The notes beneath the pieces are model-generated. The model worked only from the letters and a program-made list of their open reading frames with translations, searched no databases and was not told the DNA's origin. The position numbers and the translations under genes were made by a program. Of a DNA stretch of 37,602 nt, positions 36,781-37,602 are shown one piece after another (the first letter of the stretch is position 1; each line of letters opens with the position of its first letter). The stretch is taken from the sequence record SRR2962707_1149, one strand, 5' to 3'.

Positions 36781-36813
36781 TTTTTAATCGTTGTGATTAT
36801 TTTTTAATCGTTG
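36781..36813. repeat. 13-bp direct repeat with a 20-bp period in the leader of DUF1127 gene 2
   Basis: TTTTTAATCGTTG at 36781-36793 and 36801-36813. Confidence 0.7.
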
Positions 36814-36857
36814 GATGCCACTTACTCCCGCCAGCAGTCGGTGAGAAGCGCTAAGAG

Positions 36858-36874
36858 TGCATGCCCCCTATGCA
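36858..36874. promoter_or_regulatory. Palindromic operator TGCAT-N7-ATGCA upstream of DUF1127 gene 2
   Basis: TGCAT-GCCCCCT-ATGCA; minus-strand -10-like GTAAGT at 36820-36825, at the same distance from the GCAT core as for gene 1. Confidence 0.6.
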
Positions 36875-37565
36875 TTTTTGCATTGCACGAAAAGGCCGCA
36901 ATTGATAACAAATGATTAACAAATAGAGCTATCTAAGTTGTTGATTCTTATTGGTAAAATATTCCAATTGGCGGCCATGTGTTGCTCAAGATCTGGAAGA
37001 TGACAAAATTGTGTCAGTGCATAATTTTGCATAGATCGCCGATTTTCTATTTTTAATAGGCCCGTTGTTGCTTGGGTGGGCGCAGATATGCGCGTCCAAT
37101 TCAAGATTTAGGGTGAGGTGGCCCAAATGATTTGCCTATTTTTTAATCTTTTAACTGCGATTTTGAGGTGGCGATTAAAAAATAGTCACGAATTTGTGTG
37201 TCGTTATATGTGCAAGTGGGCGCGTCGTTTAACGGCAGTCGAAATGTTCGCAGCTTAGCCGATTCATCATTCAATCGGTCTCAATGTCTGGTCATCACCG
37301 CAGATTGGTCTGTCGTCGGTGCTTTTTGAGGGGCGTTTTTTCGCTTTATGTCGATCCCGACCATGACGTCTAAAAATAATTCGAAATTAATTTTCGTCTT
37401 CATTTTCGCTCTAAATGCCGGAAATCAGGGATATGTTTGTCCGTGATCGCATTTTTTTTGAATAAGATTGATAATAAGCGTCTTTTTTCCTCATTTTGTA
37501 TTTGCTCAATCCGATAGCTCTGTTATAGGAGCCGCCACTGACCATACGCCTCGGCGTGCTGGTTT

Positions 37566-37602
37566 GCGGATATGGCGGAACTGGTAGACGCACTGGATTT
37601 AG
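37566..37602 (+). tRNA. tRNA-Leu(TAG), 3'-truncated by the window edge
   Basis: GCGGATA-TG-GCGGAACTGGTAGACGC (D arm)-A-CTGGA-TT-TAG; anticodon at 37600-37602. Confidence 0.9.

Noticed and set aside
36916-37593. Minus-strand ORFs 36916-37104 and 37411-37593
   Set aside because: Non-ATG starts and no motifs; the second overlaps tRNA-Leu and its promoter region
1-37602. Genomic island bounded by the two tRNAs
   Set aside because: The content is conserved housekeeping genes; there is no integrase and no duplicated tRNA 3' end (att site)

Overview
Core-genome window of an alphaproteobacterium, most likely Rhizobiales/Hyphomicrobiales (inferred from popZ, exoR, the SPOR/RgsS-type gene and gene order). 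It is bracketed by a partial tRNA-Cys(GCA) at the left edge and a partial tRNA-Leu(TAG) at the right edge. Gene order: pcm, tolC, popZ, valS, fadL-like porin, ilvD, exoR, [small Cys-rich secreted protein, SPFH protein, xth, erpA on the - strand], dGTPase, argS, SPOR protein, nagZ, scpA, scpB, orphan ABC ATPase, tatABC, serS, surE, pcm2, LysM/M23 lipoprotein, DUF815 ATPase (-), yajC, secDF, Mth938/NDUFAF3-like, NDUFAF6/phytoene-synthase-like, trmFO (-). I see no mobile element, CRISPR array or prophage. The most interesting material is missing from the ORF track. At 36.05-36.88 kb there is a tandem pair of modules, each made of a GCAT-N7-ATGC promoter palindrome, a DUF1127 microprotein and a 3' anti-Shine-Dalgarno 'cuckoo' hairpin RNA. 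Other notable items: a motif shared upstream of the two outer-membrane genes, a DnaA box in a hairpin loop upstream of tolC-popZ, a plant-HIR-like SPFH gene, a possibly mosaic ValRS, a histone-like basic TatB tail next to an acidic TatC tail, and a candidate structured RNA before tRNA-Leu. I cannot support a wholly new multi-gene system here.
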